Shown here piece after piece: positions 8,528-18,739 of a DNA stretch of 64,000 nt. Position 1 is the first letter of the stretch. Every line of letters starts with the position of its first letter. The notes beneath the pieces were generated by a model that had not been told where the DNA came from, made no database searches, and saw nothing but the letters and a program-made list of their open reading frames with translations. Source of the DNA: Candidatus Cloacimonadales bacterium (GTDB taxonomy: Bacteria > Cloacimonadota > Cloacimonadia > Cloacimonadales > JAIOQZ01); assembly GCA_963665815.1 (NCBI GenBank), contig OY762463.1:1445735-1509734 (forward strand). The letters are read 5' to 3'. Position numbers and translations under genes: made by a program.

Positions 8528-10264
8528 TTAATCCTCGAAAAAGTGGTTAAGCTTATCAACTTCTTCACGCTGAAGAATTTCGAATATCTCTTCAGGAGAA
8601 TCCGCATGAACTATCATTTCTTTAATATGAGAATGGTGTCCAAAAATCTTCGCAATTGTCGCTAATGCCTGAAGGTGTAATTTATACTGTGATTTTGGTG
8701 TAGCTATCAAAATAATTATGTTTACAGGTTTGTTATCAAGAGCTTCGAAATCAATTCCATCTTTAATTGTTGCAATGACTCCTCGAATATTGGGACCTCC
8801 CTCAATAACAGCATGTGGAATAGCAATTCCATTCCCTATACCTGTAGATATTTCATTTTCTCTCTGTTTCACACTGCTTACCAGATCTTCCTGAGATATT
8901 TCCTGAATATTATGTGTCACATGCATAAAGTGAGATAACTCTTCCAGAGCACTCCATTTGTCTTTTGCCTGAAGATCAATCTTAATAAACTCTTCCTGAA
9001 GAAAATCCAGAAGCCTGAGACGATCTTTGTTAACCTCTCCGGATCGTTTTATTGCCTGTCCCGTAAAAATAGGACCAATTAATTCATAGATAACCACTGC
9101 ACTTAATACGATAGCAGTCACCGAAGAAGAAATTCCTTTAAATGCAACCGAGTTTTCCACAAAAAGGGTCAAACCAATAGCCAGACCTGCAAGCGGATAA
9201 AGTGCAATACCAATATTCTGTGTGATTGTCTTGGTTGAATTTGCGAATACTGCGCCAAGTACAGGAGCAGTAGATTTACCGATAAATCTGGCAACAATCA
9301 TCACGATTCCGGCAACACCGGAAATAAGCAAGGCATGAAAATCAAAGTGTGTTCCTGCAAGCACGAAGAAAAGTGCATAAATAGCGTCTTCCAGATCGTG
9401 GAATGCAGAGAAGAAATCTTCTTTATATTTAGAAAAGTTTGTAATAATCATACCAAGAATAAGACTTGATAATAACCCTGAGAATCTGAATGATTCTGAT
9501 ATACCAACTGTGATAATCAGAGCAAGCAGCACCATTGTAGGGAATGATGCATGTATCTTTTTCTTGCGCTCAGTGAAAAGGATAAGTGCAAGCCCAATAC
9601 CGCCACCATCAAGTAAAGATTCAAACAGATATATAAACGGTTGAAGAATCATCTTCCCGACATTGAACTCTGCATGCAGATTTCTCTGTAACAGGAAGTA
9701 GTACACTGAGTAAAACAGGAGAATGACGATAACATTGTTCAGAGCTACAACAGCAAGAAGAGTCTTTGTAAAAATACCTTTTGCCCTTTTTTCTTTAACA
9801 ACATGCAAAATAGAACCCGGAGCTGTTGCGGATGCTATGATACTGACGAAAAGAGCTACTTCGGTGGATACACCAAGCACATAGTACAATCCTGTAAACA
9901 CAAGTGGTATAACACATAAAATATCTATCAAAGTTATCCAGATAATTCTTTTACCTGAATTATGGAGCTTCCTGAAATCCAGGTGAGATCCAATAGACAA
10001 GCCAATAAGCCCAAGGACAAAATTGGTTATTGGAGTAAATCCTTCATAAGCTGATTCCGGAAATATATTCAGAACATAATGCCCGATAACAATTCCGCCA
10101 ATAATTTTTCCTGTTACCGATGGTAATTTAATTTTTGCTGAGAGCTTAGTAAAGACAAAACCGGTCAATACGAGAATTGACAGAATCAATAATGTATTCC
10201 CATTTTCAAGTAATGCAGTTTCCCGGTGTACCCAGGCTGATAAGTGATTAATTACCGAGTTCAA
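8528..10264 (-). CDS. CPA2/Kef-type cation:proton antiporter fused to a C-terminal PTS EIIA type-2 domain
   Basis: Na+/H+-exchanger-like polytopic N-terminal ~400 aa. C-terminal EIIA-2 signature STGIGNGIAIPHAVIEGG and IILIATPKSQYKLHLQALATIAKI. Its stop abuts the permease start with no gap. Confidence 0.8.
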   Translation of the reverse strand: MNSVINHLSAWVHRETALLENGNTLLILSILVLTGFVFTKLSAKIKLPSVTGKIIGGIVIGHYVLNIFPESAYEGFTPITNFVLGLIGLSIGSHLDFRKLHNSGKRIIWITLIDILCVIPLVFTGLYYVLGVSTEVALFVSIIASATAPGSILHVVKEKRAKGIFTKTLLAVVALNNVIVILLFYSVYYFLLQRNLHAEFNVGKMILQPFIYLFESLLDGGGIGLALILFTERKKKIHASFPTMVLLALIITVGISESFRFSGLLSSLILGMIITNFSKYKEDFFSAFHDLEDAIYALFFVLAGTHFDFHALLISGVAGIVMIVARFIGKSTAPVLGAVFANSTKTITQNIGIALYPLAGLAIGLTLFVENSVAFKGISSSVTAIVLSAVVIYELIGPIFTGQAIKRSGEVNKDRLRLLDFLQEEFIKIDLQAKDKWSALEELSHFMHVTHNIQEISQEDLVSSVKQRENEISTGIGNGIAIPHAVIEGGPNIRGVIATIKDGIDFEALDNKPVNIIILIATPKSQYKLHLQALATIAKIFGHHSHIKEMIVHADSPEEIFEILQREEVDKLNHFFED

Positions 10265-11583
10265 TCAATCTCCTCTATTAATTCTCCCTTTAAAGTCCAT
10301 CCGGTCGCTTCTGTGATTTTTACTTTCACAAACTTGCCTATCAGACTCTTGTCTGCTTTAAACACTGTAATCTTGAAATCTCGACTTTTTCCTGCCAGTT
10401 CTTCAGGATTCTTTTTACTTACCTGTTCGACATAAATTTCTTTTATCTTTCCGATTTGCTCTTTATATTTCTTGTTCGTTATTTCATTCTGCATGTCTAT
10501 CAGACGGGAAAGCCTCTCAAGTCTGACTTTTTCATCAACCTGATCTTCATATTCTGCTGCAGCTGTTCCTTCTCTCGGTGAATACTTAAACATGAATGCA
10601 AAGTCAAACTCAATTTCCTTCATCATATTATATGTATCCATGAACTGTTCTTCTGTTTCACCCGGGAAACCGACTATAACATCAGTTGTTATGCTTATAT
10701 CAGGCATGGCAGCTTTTAACTTCTTGATCAATCCCATGTAATGCTCGCTGGTATAACCTCTGTTCATCCTTGTGAGTATATCTGTGTTACCAGACTGCAT
10801 TGGCAGATGAATATGTTCACATACTTTATCAAGTTTCGCCATGTACTTAACAAGACTGTCAGACAGATCTTTTGGGTGAGAAGTAACAAAGCGAACTCTC
10901 TTTATGGTCTCCAGAGAATCTACCTGTTCCAACAGTTGAGGGAAATCAAGTTCTTTCCAATTATATGAGTTAACATTCTGTCCCAGCAGAGTAACATCTT
11001 TGAAACCATCATTTCCTGCTTCTTCCACTTCTTTAAGAATCTCGTCCAATGGACGGCTTCGTTCTCTGCCCCTTACGTGTGGAACAATGCAATATGTACA
11101 AAAGTTGTCACAACCACGCATAATGGTTACAAAAGCATTCAGATCACCCTGTCTTACAGGCATCATATTGTGATACACTTCTGAATTGTTTACGTCTGTA
11201 GCAACATTAACCCCGTAGAAATCAAGCAGATTTATAATTCGAGGAAGGTGCTTATACTGATCAACTCCCACTACGAAATCTATTTTCTTGTTAATCTTTT
11301 TCAGTTCTCCACTAAGACGCTGTGCAACACACCCGATTACACCTATTTTCAGTCCAGGTTTCTTTGCCTTGCGTGAAATCTCATTTGATATTCTTCCTAT
11401 TACCCTGTCTTCAGCATGCTGTCTTACGGAACAAGTATTAAATATTATTATATCAGCATCATCAAGTGATTCAGCCTGTTCATATCCTGCCTGCTTCAGA
11501 ATTCCGCTTACAAGTTCGGAATCTGCAACATTCATCTGACATCCGTATGTTTCTATATAGTATCGAATTTTATTCATATCCAT
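10261..11583 (-). CDS. miaB: tRNA-2-methylthio-N6-dimethylallyladenosine synthase (radical SAM methylthiotransferase)
   Basis: N-terminal YIETYGCQMNVADSE. Radical SAM motif CDNFCTYCIVP. C-terminal TRAM-like VKVKITEATGWTLKGELI. 4-nt overlap with the antiporter start. Confidence 0.9.
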   Translation of the reverse strand: MDMNKIRYYIETYGCQMNVADSELVSGILKQAGYEQAESLDDADIIIFNTCSVRQHAEDRVIGRISNEISRKAKKPGLKIGVIGCVAQRLSGELKKINKKIDFVVGVDQYKHLPRIINLLDFYGVNVATDVNNSEVYHNMMPVRQGDLNAFVTIMRGCDNFCTYCIVPHVRGRERSRPLDEILKEVEEAGNDGFKDVTLLGQNVNSYNWKELDFPQLLEQVDSLETIKRVRFVTSHPKDLSDSLVKYMAKLDKVCEHIHLPMQSGNTDILTRMNRGYTSEHYMGLIKKLKAAMPDISITTDVIVGFPGETEEQFMDTYNMMKEIEFDFAFMFKYSPREGTAAAEYEDQVDEKVRLERLSRLIDMQNEITNKKYKEQIGKIKEIYVEQVSKKNPEELAGKSRDFKITVFKADKSLIGKFVKVKITEATGWTLKGELIEEID

Positions 11584-11623
11584 CTCTTATTAATTTAGTC
11601 TAATCTCTGTTAATCTACAAAAT

Positions 11624-12097
11624 TTATTTTTTCAGTAGAAGACATACTGCCGTTGCAGTAATTCCTTCTTCGGATCCTGAGATCCCCATTTTTTCCTCAG
11701 TAGTTGCTTTAACCGATACATTACTGACATCAGTTTCAAGATCAGCAGCAATGTTTTCTCTCATTGAATCAATAAACGGTCTCATCTTTGGTCTCTGTGC
11801 ACAAATCGTAGAATCAATATTTCCTATTTTATATCCTTTCTCATTAACAATCCGATTCGCTTCTCTCAGTAAAATTCTGCTGTCAATATCCTTGAAGTCA
11901 GCATCAGAATCCGGAAAAAAAGAACCAATATCTCCCAATGCAAGAGCTCCAAACAGCGCATCAACAATTGCATGAATCAAAACATCTGCATCAGAATGCC
12001 CTTTTAGACCTTTTTCAAAAGGAATCTGAACACCTCCGAGAATTAGAGCACGTCCCTCAACTAATTGATGTACATCGTATCCATATCCTATTCGCAT
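11624..12097 (-). CDS. ispF: 2-C-methyl-D-erythritol 2,4-cyclodiphosphate synthase
   Basis: [11 protein letters not shown]...[26 protein letters not shown]; typical length of 157 aa. Confidence 0.92.
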   Translation of the reverse strand: MRIGYGYDVHQLVEGRALILGGVQIPFEKGLKGHSDADVLIHAIVDALFGALALGDIGSFFPDSDADFKDIDSRILLREANRIVNEKGYKIGNIDSTICAQRPKMRPFIDSMRENIAADLETDVSNVSVKATTEEKMGISGSEEGITATAVCLLLKK

Positions 12098-14865
12098 CAG
12101 TCCACCGTTATTGATTTGGAAACATTCTTTGGAACATCAGGATGCACACCATGATCTTCAACAGAAAGCTTATCAAGATATTCCATCTTTCTTATACTCA
12201 TTCGAAGTGCCAGACGCTGGAGTACAACCGTTGAAGAAAAAGATGTTAACAGTGAATCCCCTGTTTTAGGAAGAGGAATATATCCCCATCCATAGTACTT
12301 TGAAGAATCCGGATTCAAGCTGGCATTTTCCATCAGCTTGTCATTTTCTTCGGCTATGACATATGTATCAGCACCTCTGATTTTGTGTGTATTTATCTGT
12401 GAAATCGTAAGATTGACATCTCTGTCTTCCGGTCCGGTGACATAAAGCAAAGGATAATTCCTGTAAAGAGGATTGAAGAAATCGTATCTTCTGATAATAT
12501 CCTTGAATACTCTCGTTGCAGCAGGAGAAAGATTAAACGGAAATGTTCTGGTGAAAATATAGGAACTTAAAACCTTGATAATCTCCTGTGTATCTTCCTG
12601 AGATAAATCATACAAGTCTGCATTTCTCTCTAGAGTATCAATAGTCTTGTTAAAATATTTCAGCATAGATTTAATACTCAGTAGACCAAAAACCGTATTT
12701 TTACCAAGAATTGTGTTAGGACCATGCTTGAATTCGGAGGCTTCTCCACCCTCGGTATGATTCAGTACTGTCTCTCGAATCTTCAGAGCCCCTTCTTTGG
12801 CTACACCACTGAGTTTTGTTGCCAGAATATGCATGGAAGGTTCCATATATATCTTGTTTGCAATCTCATCAATCTTATCTTTTGTTGTTTCAATTGTCTC
12901 TTTTATGAGAAGAGGAATCTGAAGAAGTTTCTTATATCTTCTGTCTATATCCCTGGCAAATGCATTGATCATTTCTTCTGACTTGCCATTCTTCTTCATG
13001 TGATCCATTTTCATTTCAGCAGCTTTTATTGCCAGATAATAGAACAATGTCAGCTGATTAACGAAACTTTTTGTCGCCGGAACTGCAATCTCAGGTCCAC
13101 AGAGTATCGGAATGGACACATCTGATTTCTCCTGACCAAGCGTTGAGTTCATGTTATTAACAAGCACAATCTTCTTTATGTTCTTACCGAGATTATCAAT
13201 ATCGTTAAAAATATCTATCAGATCTTTTGTTTCACCACTTTGTGACACACCAATTATTACATCATTGTTTCTCAATGAGTTTGAATACTGCCCTCTGAAA
13301 TCTCCTGGAAGTATTGGAATTATTTTGATTCCGGCTATTTCATTGAAGAATACGGCTGCGACTTTCGTTGCGTTAAAAGAAGTTCCACATGCAATAGTGT
13401 ATATATTTCTCTCATTATCATTGGTGTTACTCAACAATTCCATGAAGTTTTCAATTTTCGTGTCGAATTCAGTTACATCCAGTTTTTCAGTAATTGAATC
13501 AAGTGCTTTTGCTGTCAGAAATCTCTTTTTATCAAAATGCGATCCTATCAGCTCAATGTATGTATTCATTTCACTGGAAAAGAAGTATTTCTTTTCAAAA
13601 TCCTCATACACAACCACGTCGTAAATAGTCTTATAATCTTCCTGAATACTTTTATAGAATACTGAACTCTCTTCAGAGTTAATAAACTCGTTAAAATGTT
13701 GGAGCTGTTCATCAAATGTTTCGGACTGCTTGATTTTTTTATCAAGATCTTTCATGTACTCCATCAAGTTAATTTTATCGATAAGATTGAGCATTCTACG
13801 CCCGGTATTTGACCCCCCAAGGAATATCTTCACAAGCTTACCTGTGGATTCTGTTTCGTTATCAATCTCCTGATCCATGAAATAATTGTATTTTGGCAGC
13901 AGTTCAGTATCTTCTGCCCTGAGTTTTGATCTTACTGCATCACGGAAAATCTTCTGTCCTTTTTTGTATATGATATCCTTCTGATTCAGTCTTTTTATTC
14001 TGGCATCTTTATAAGCATATATTTTGTAGAAATCAGCAGTATACTCTACAAATTCTCCCTCTCTTAAGTTTACAAGATATTTCGTAAATCTCAGCACGGC
14101 TGTTAAATCAGAAGAAGCCAGAGAAAACTTGTTTCCGTCTATTTCGCCCACACCAAAATAAAGACTGCTTCCGGCTTTTATAGCATATTGATATTCTGTT
14201 ACAGGATCTGTTATTACTGCGGCAAATGATCCGGTTGTTTTATTTATTGCTTTAGTAATAGCTTTTTTCATGCATTCTGACCTGATAGCAAAATCTGAGC
14301 TTTGTTTTGAAGAATAATTCCTTAACTCAATCTCAAAATAATGTTCTACGGTATGAACAAGCATTTCACCATCGTTATCCGAAAGCACATCGTGACCTTC
14401 TGATATCAAAAATGTCTTTAATTCTCTTGTATTGGTAATATTACCATTATGCGCCCCGTAAATATGAGTCTTACATTTTACTTCATGCGGCTGCGAATTC
14501 TTTTTGTCTACAGCTCCAAATGTAGCCCATCTGACCTGGCCACAAAAAATCTTTCCAGCTTTTTCTTTTATACCGAGAGTTTCAACTAAAGTACTTGGAG
14601 CTCCTACATCTTTGAGAAGAGTAGTATTCTTCTTATCATCCTGAAAAATTGCACCGGTGGAATCATATCCCCGATACTCCAATGCTTTCAACAGCTTTGA
14701 AGCGTATTTTCCCAGATGAATACTGTGTTCTGCCAAAGTCATTCCCAGTACACCGCATCCAACGCCAATTATCGGTATCTTAAATTTAATTTCCTTATCT
14801 GAATATTTAGCACATATCTTCTCAGCAATATTTCCTGCTTTTTTAATAAGATTTTTATTTATCAT
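12097..14865 (-). CDS. Atypically long (922 aa) glutamine--fructose-6-phosphate aminotransferase-like protein (class-II GATase plus 2 SIS domains with large insertions)
   Basis: GATase-2 motifs: [36 protein letters not shown] motifs: [58 protein letters not shown]. GlmS-like C-terminus [10 protein letters not shown]. The catalytic-type Cys is residue 37, not residue 2. Confidence 0.75.
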   Translation of the reverse strand: MINKNLIKKAGNIAEKICAKYSDKEIKFKIPIIGVGCGVLGMTLAEHSIHLGKYASKLLKALEYRGYDSTGAIFQDDKKNTTLLKDVGAPSTLVETLGIKEKAGKIFCGQVRWATFGAVDKKNSQPHEVKCKTHIYGAHNGNITNTRELKTFLISEGHDVLSDNDGEMLVHTVEHYFEIELRNYSSKQSSDFAIRSECMKKAITKAINKTTGSFAAVITDPVTEYQYAIKAGSSLYFGVGEIDGNKFSLASSDLTAVLRFTKYLVNLREGEFVEYTADFYKIYAYKDARIKRLNQKDIIYKKGQKIFRDAVRSKLRAEDTELLPKYNYFMDQEIDNETESTGKLVKIFLGGSNTGRRMLNLIDKINLMEYMKDLDKKIKQSETFDEQLQHFNEFINSEESSVFYKSIQEDYKTIYDVVVYEDFEKKYFFSSEMNTYIELIGSHFDKKRFLTAKALDSITEKLDVTEFDTKIENFMELLSNTNDNERNIYTIACGTSFNATKVAAVFFNEIAGIKIIPILPGDFRGQYSNSLRNNDVIIGVSQSGETKDLIDIFNDIDNLGKNIKKIVLVNNMNSTLGQEKSDVSIPILCGPEIAVPATKSFVNQLTLFYYLAIKAAEMKMDHMKKNGKSEEMINAFARDIDRRYKKLLQIPLLIKETIETTKDKIDEIANKIYMEPSMHILATKLSGVAKEGALKIRETVLNHTEGGEASEFKHGPNTILGKNTVFGLLSIKSMLKYFNKTIDTLERNADLYDLSQEDTQEIIKVLSSYIFTRTFPFNLSPAATRVFKDIIRRYDFFNPLYRNYPLLYVTGPEDRDVNLTISQINTHKIRGADTYVIAEENDKLMENASLNPDSSKYYGWGYIPLPKTGDSLLTSFSSTVVLQRLALRMSIRKMEYLDKLSVEDHGVHPDVPKNVSKSITVD

Positions 14866-15550
14866 CCTGACCTTCTTTCAAAATGTATTCTGCAATCAGC
14901 AGATCTATTGGATTTGTAATTTTAATGTTTCTATCAGAGCATATTATATATTTCACCTTATAGCCATAGTATTCAAGTATACTTGCGTCATCAGTAAACC
15001 TATTGATACAATCATGCCTCGCTGCCTCATGGCATTTCAGAATGAGTTCTTTGCTGAATACTTGAGGTGTATGCACCTGAATCAGTTTATCTCTATCAAG
15101 AGTTTCTGTAACAATATCACCTTCAACTCTTTTTACCGTATTCTTTACTCTTGTTGCAGGTATCACACCACCTGTAACTTCAGCAGTTCTTATCAGCAGA
15201 CTTATTTCTTCCTTTTCAATAAACGGTCTTACACCATCATGGATCAGTACAATTCCATCAGTGTCGTCGATTGCATTAAGTCCATTATACACAGACTCCT
15301 GCCTCGAAGATGCTCCGGCTGTACATACTATCGGTTTTCCCGAAAACTCCTGAAGAATCTGCTTTTTGTAACTAACTAATTCACTATCAGGTAAGACAAC
15401 AATTATCTCATCTATCAGGTCATGCTTCACAAATTTGTCAATAGTACAAAACAACAAAGGACGACCATTCAATTTCATGAATTGCTTTTTTTCTGTTGAG
15501 GACATCCTTGTTCCTCTTCCACCTGCTGTAATTATAACACTGTTACTCAT
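14855..15550 (-). CDS. ispD: 2-C-methyl-D-erythritol 4-phosphate cytidylyltransferase
   Basis: VIITAGGRGTRM P-loop-like motif; LIHDGVRPF; 231 aa. The 3' end overlaps the GlmS-like start by 11 nt. Confidence 0.9.
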   Translation of the reverse strand: MSNSVIITAGGRGTRMSSTEKKQFMKLNGRPLLFCTIDKFVKHDLIDEIIVVLPDSELVSYKKQILQEFSGKPIVCTAGASSRQESVYNGLNAIDDTDGIVLIHDGVRPFIEKEEISLLIRTAEVTGGVIPATRVKNTVKRVEGDIVTETLDRDKLIQVHTPQVFSKELILKCHEAARHDCINRFTDDASILEYYGYKVKYIICSDRNIKITNPIDLLIAEYILKEGQDDK

Positions 15551-15647
15551 ATTTATTTACCTGCAATTATATATCTTGAAAACAAAAAGAATAAAATTTG
15601 TGTCAAGATAATATCGAAATGCAGATTTAAAATACTGCTAAAATGTG

Positions 15648-16982
15648 CTAAATACTGGAGTAAAGAAGGTATTCAATTCTGAAGTTGTTTACAATTGTAT
15701 TTACTTTTTCGTAACCGTATTCAGATAAAAGTCTGCTATATAAATCAAGGTTATTTTTCCAGGTAATTCTTTCCTGAAGACAGAAATCCGAATCAATACT
15801 CTGAAGGGTACCTGAAACAGAATGTCTGCACATATTTTTTACCCAGCACTTGTAACAGTTCTCAATCTTTGCAGCTGCAAATTCATTCTGGGTTTTCAGT
15901 AGTTTTGCATGATCAATACCTGATTTAAAATTACCTACATTATGAAGAACATTACAAGGTGATTTCAAATAGAATTTTCCATCTCCGTTTATATGAATAT
16001 TGTGAGACATATTTTCTGCGAATAAGTTATCATTTCCTTTCTCATCTCTATTGTTAACAAAATGAATCCTTGTAAGACCTTTCAGTGCAATAAATGCATT
16101 ATAAGAGATTCGTCTTTTTTGTCGCTGTCTAAGGTTTTCATTTTTCTTTGTAATGAACATCTTTCTATTAGATAAGCATTTACCAGTTCTTTCGGACTTT
16201 ACCATTAATGCTATAAGTTCTTTGATATTCAGCAGTAGTTTTATGTCTTCATCCACACATGAATTAGCTTTAAACATCCTGCTTAGTTGAGTATATTTCA
16301 GCAAGGATGCAGAAAGTCTGATATTGTTCGAGAAAAAAACATAATCATATTCACTGATAAAACTTAAGTTATCCTCCAGAAGATTGATCTCATTCTGATC
16401 CGGATTATCTAAATGCCTGCTTTTAACATTGATGTAGAAATTATGAAACACGAGAAAAGGAACAATATTCTTAGTAAGAGTATTACCGGAAGTATGCAGA
16501 ATAAACTGGAATTTACAGGGTAATGAGGAACAGAATTCAATAATATTATAGAGCACAGAACTTTTACAATCTGGCAACTCTCCGTATATCTCAATTGTAA
16601 TCAGTTTTGAGGGGGACAAATTATCAGAATAATACAAGATACTTTTCTTAACAGAATTTATATCTGTAATGTCTCCAATATTGTTAATACATAATGATTC
16701 AGGTGTAAATAAAATGTGCTGATTTTTCACAGAATCAATAAATGAGTCCTTAATATTTTCGTATGGTGTTGAATAGATGTCGGAAAGAATCTCAGATTTA
16801 TACAGGTTTTCTACATGAGGAACTAAGTCTCCGGACATGAACTCTTTATTCAGAATAGCTGAAACATTTTCATACAGTTCTGAATTAACTTTCAGGACTT
16901 TCCCTTTATTTCCGTTAAAAAGGAAAAAATCCTTACCAGTGCTGATTTTTTTCAAAAGAAATTTATCTGTATTCATATCCAT
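15648..16982 (-). CDS. Radical-SAM-like/SPASM-domain protein lacking the CX3CX2C motif (pseudo-rSAM)
   Basis: C-terminal SPASM/twitch-like pattern: NGDGKFYLKSPCNVLHNVGNFKSGID...CYKCWVKNMCRHSVSG...FC. The position where rSAM maturases carry CxxxCxxC reads ILFTPESLCINNIGDI. I chose the ATG at 16982 (AGGAGG 9 nt upstream) rather than the ORF-track start at 17006. Confidence 0.55.
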   Translation of the reverse strand: MDMNTDKFLLKKISTGKDFFLFNGNKGKVLKVNSELYENVSAILNKEFMSGDLVPHVENLYKSEILSDIYSTPYENIKDSFIDSVKNQHILFTPESLCINNIGDITDINSVKKSILYYSDNLSPSKLITIEIYGELPDCKSSVLYNIIEFCSSLPCKFQFILHTSGNTLTKNIVPFLVFHNFYINVKSRHLDNPDQNEINLLEDNLSFISEYDYVFFSNNIRLSASLLKYTQLSRMFKANSCVDEDIKLLLNIKELIALMVKSERTGKCLSNRKMFITKKNENLRQRQKRRISYNAFIALKGLTRIHFVNNRDEKGNDNLFAENMSHNIHINGDGKFYLKSPCNVLHNVGNFKSGIDHAKLLKTQNEFAAAKIENCYKCWVKNMCRHSVSGTLQSIDSDFCLQERITWKNNLDLYSRLLSEYGYEKVNTIVNNFRIEYLLYSSI

Positions 16983-17121
16983 TAAAGAAAACCTCCTGCA
17001 CACCATAATTTATAAATTTTAGTAAAGTTACATAGAAGGAGTAATGAATCTTTACTTCACAAACCTGACATTTTGATATGCAGGAGGCAGATTAGAGTTA
17101 ACCCCACTCCGCAAAAGTTTA

Positions 17122-17340
17122 TTATTTTTTATGTTTAAATATATATGCTTTACCGTCTACAACAATGATAGTAACGTCTTCTTCATTTGTAAGCTTTATA
17201 ACATCAATATAATCATAGTCAATTTCTTCAATATTATCAACGCTGATAACAGGTAACTCATCTATATTTGTAGCAAAATCAGTTGCAAAAACACAAGATA
17301 TTACGAAAAAGATTTGACATAAAATAAAAAGTTTTTTCAT
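17122..17340 (-). CDS. Small putative lipoprotein (72 aa), acidic
   Basis: Signal peptide with a lipobox-like FVISC. The mature part is rich in D/E/I. It lies 140 nt upstream of the pseudo-rSAM gene on the same strand. Confidence 0.5.
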   Translation of the reverse strand: MKKLFILCQIFFVISCVFATDFATNIDELPVISVDNIEEIDYDYIDVIKLTNEEDVTIIVVDGKAYIFKHKK

Positions 17341-17401
17341 TATTTACTCCAGTAAGTTTTCTTTATTATTAAACCCAGTAAATTAAAACAGGGGACGAAA
17401 A

Positions 17402-18376
17402 ATGGCGCAACTAAAAGGTTATCAAGAAGTTATATCTCATTCATTTAAAGTATCGATGACATATTTAAAAAATATTCATGATTCCGAAGATATTTCTCAA
17501 CAGGTTGCAATGCTTTTTTATTTATCGAAAGATAAAATATCTCCTGAATCTCAAAATTCCTGGATTCACGTAGTAACAAAGAATAAATGTCTGAAACAAC
17601 TAGATTTACAGAAAAAAAATGTTAATTTTGATTGTGTTCAGGATTTTATCCCTGATGAATTTACTGAAATTGAAGAGAATATTGAAAACATTGAGCCAGA
17701 TGGAAACATACTTCTTGAGTACATTGATGTCCTTAAACGACCGGACAAAAAATTGTTCATGGATTATGTTAAAGCCGGTCAAAAAATTAAAGCTCTCTGT
17801 AAACAAAAGAAACTGAAATACGATTCTACAAAAAAGAAGATTTTCCGTATTAAAAAGGACCTAAAAGCCAGGTATTTCATGGAAAAGGGAATGATTGGCA
17901 CAAAGAATATCCTCTCGTCCAAACTGCAGGAAAATATCCAGAACTTTATTAAAGTATTTCGGGAATCAATCAGCAATAATTCTCTTCCTAAAATGAGAAA
18001 GTACTTTGGAAGAATTATCTCTGAAAATGAAATACCAAAATTTAATATTTCGGAAGTCATTGAATACGATGTCAAATCTATAAGTAAAAATACATTTAGA
18101 ATTTATGTTTACTTTTGGGATAATGAAAGAATGAAATCACTGTTTTTTGATATAAATGTAGATCAGAATCAGGTCAAAATCACAGAACTGCCCTGTTACT
18201 CAGAAAAAGTTAATGTATATGATGTTGAAAATACTTCAGATTTAGTATTAGATCAGTTTCAGGAAGATAAAAGAACCGGAGTTATCAACCTCAATCAAAA
18301 ACAAATAATCGAACTTCTACCTCATAGTGGTTTCATTGAAGAGTACTATATAGATGATTCGGAACCATCTTCCTGA
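17402..18376 (+). CDS. ECF-like sigma-70 family factor with a ~150-aa C-terminal extension
   Basis: Region-2-like DSEDISQQVAMLFYL...NSWIHVVTKNKCLKQL. Region-4-like LEYIDVLKRPDKKLFMDYVKAGQKIKALCKQKKLKYDSTKKKIFRIKKDLK. The extra C-terminal domain is of unknown fold (possibly NTF2/SnoaL-like). Confidence 0.55.
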   Translation: MAQLKGYQEVISHSFKVSMTYLKNIHDSEDISQQVAMLFYLSKDKISPESQNSWIHVVTKNKCLKQLDLQKKNVNFDCVQDFIPDEFTEIEENIENIEPDGNILLEYIDVLKRPDKKLFMDYVKAGQKIKALCKQKKLKYDSTKKKIFRIKKDLKARYFMEKGMIGTKNILSSKLQENIQNFIKVFRESISNNSLPKMRKYFGRIISENEIPKFNISEVIEYDVKSISKNTFRIYVYFWDNERMKSLFFDINVDQNQVKITELPCYSEKVNVYDVENTSDLVLDQFQEDKRTGVINLNQKQIIELLPHSGFIEEYYIDDSEPSS

Positions 18377-18738
18377 TCGTTTCCCAACATGAAATCAAGT
18401 ACTGCTTTCAGCTTTCCCTTATGAATTGGTTTTAGCAAATAGAAATCCGCCCCACATTTCTTCATCTCATCTACATAATCCTCGTCTTGAGTTGAACTGA
18501 TAACTACTATTTTTGATCTCAAGTGATTTTGCTTAATCTTTTTAGTTGCCTCCAAACCATTCATCACAGGCATAGCATAGTCCATTGTAACAACATCAGG
18601 GAGTAATTTTTTATATTTTACTGTTGCAAGAAAACCATTTTCGGCTTCTCCAACCACTTCATGCCCCAGCTCTTCAAGCATCCTTCTGAGTAATTTTCTC
18701 ATTGTCTGAGAATCATCTACAATCATTATTGTCGCCAT
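18346..18738 (-). CDS. Single-domain response regulator (CheY-like receiver)
   Basis: IMIVDDSQTMRKLL...DVVTMDYAMPVMNG...KP pattern; 130 aa. The 3' end overlaps the convergent sigma gene by 31 nt. Confidence 0.85.
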   Translation of the reverse strand: MATIMIVDDSQTMRKLLRRMLEELGHEVVGEAENGFLATVKYKKLLPDVVTMDYAMPVMNGLEATKKIKQNHLRSKIVVISSTQDEDYVDEMKKCGADFYLLKPIHKGKLKAVLDFMLGNDQEDGSESSI

Positions 18739-18739
18739 A

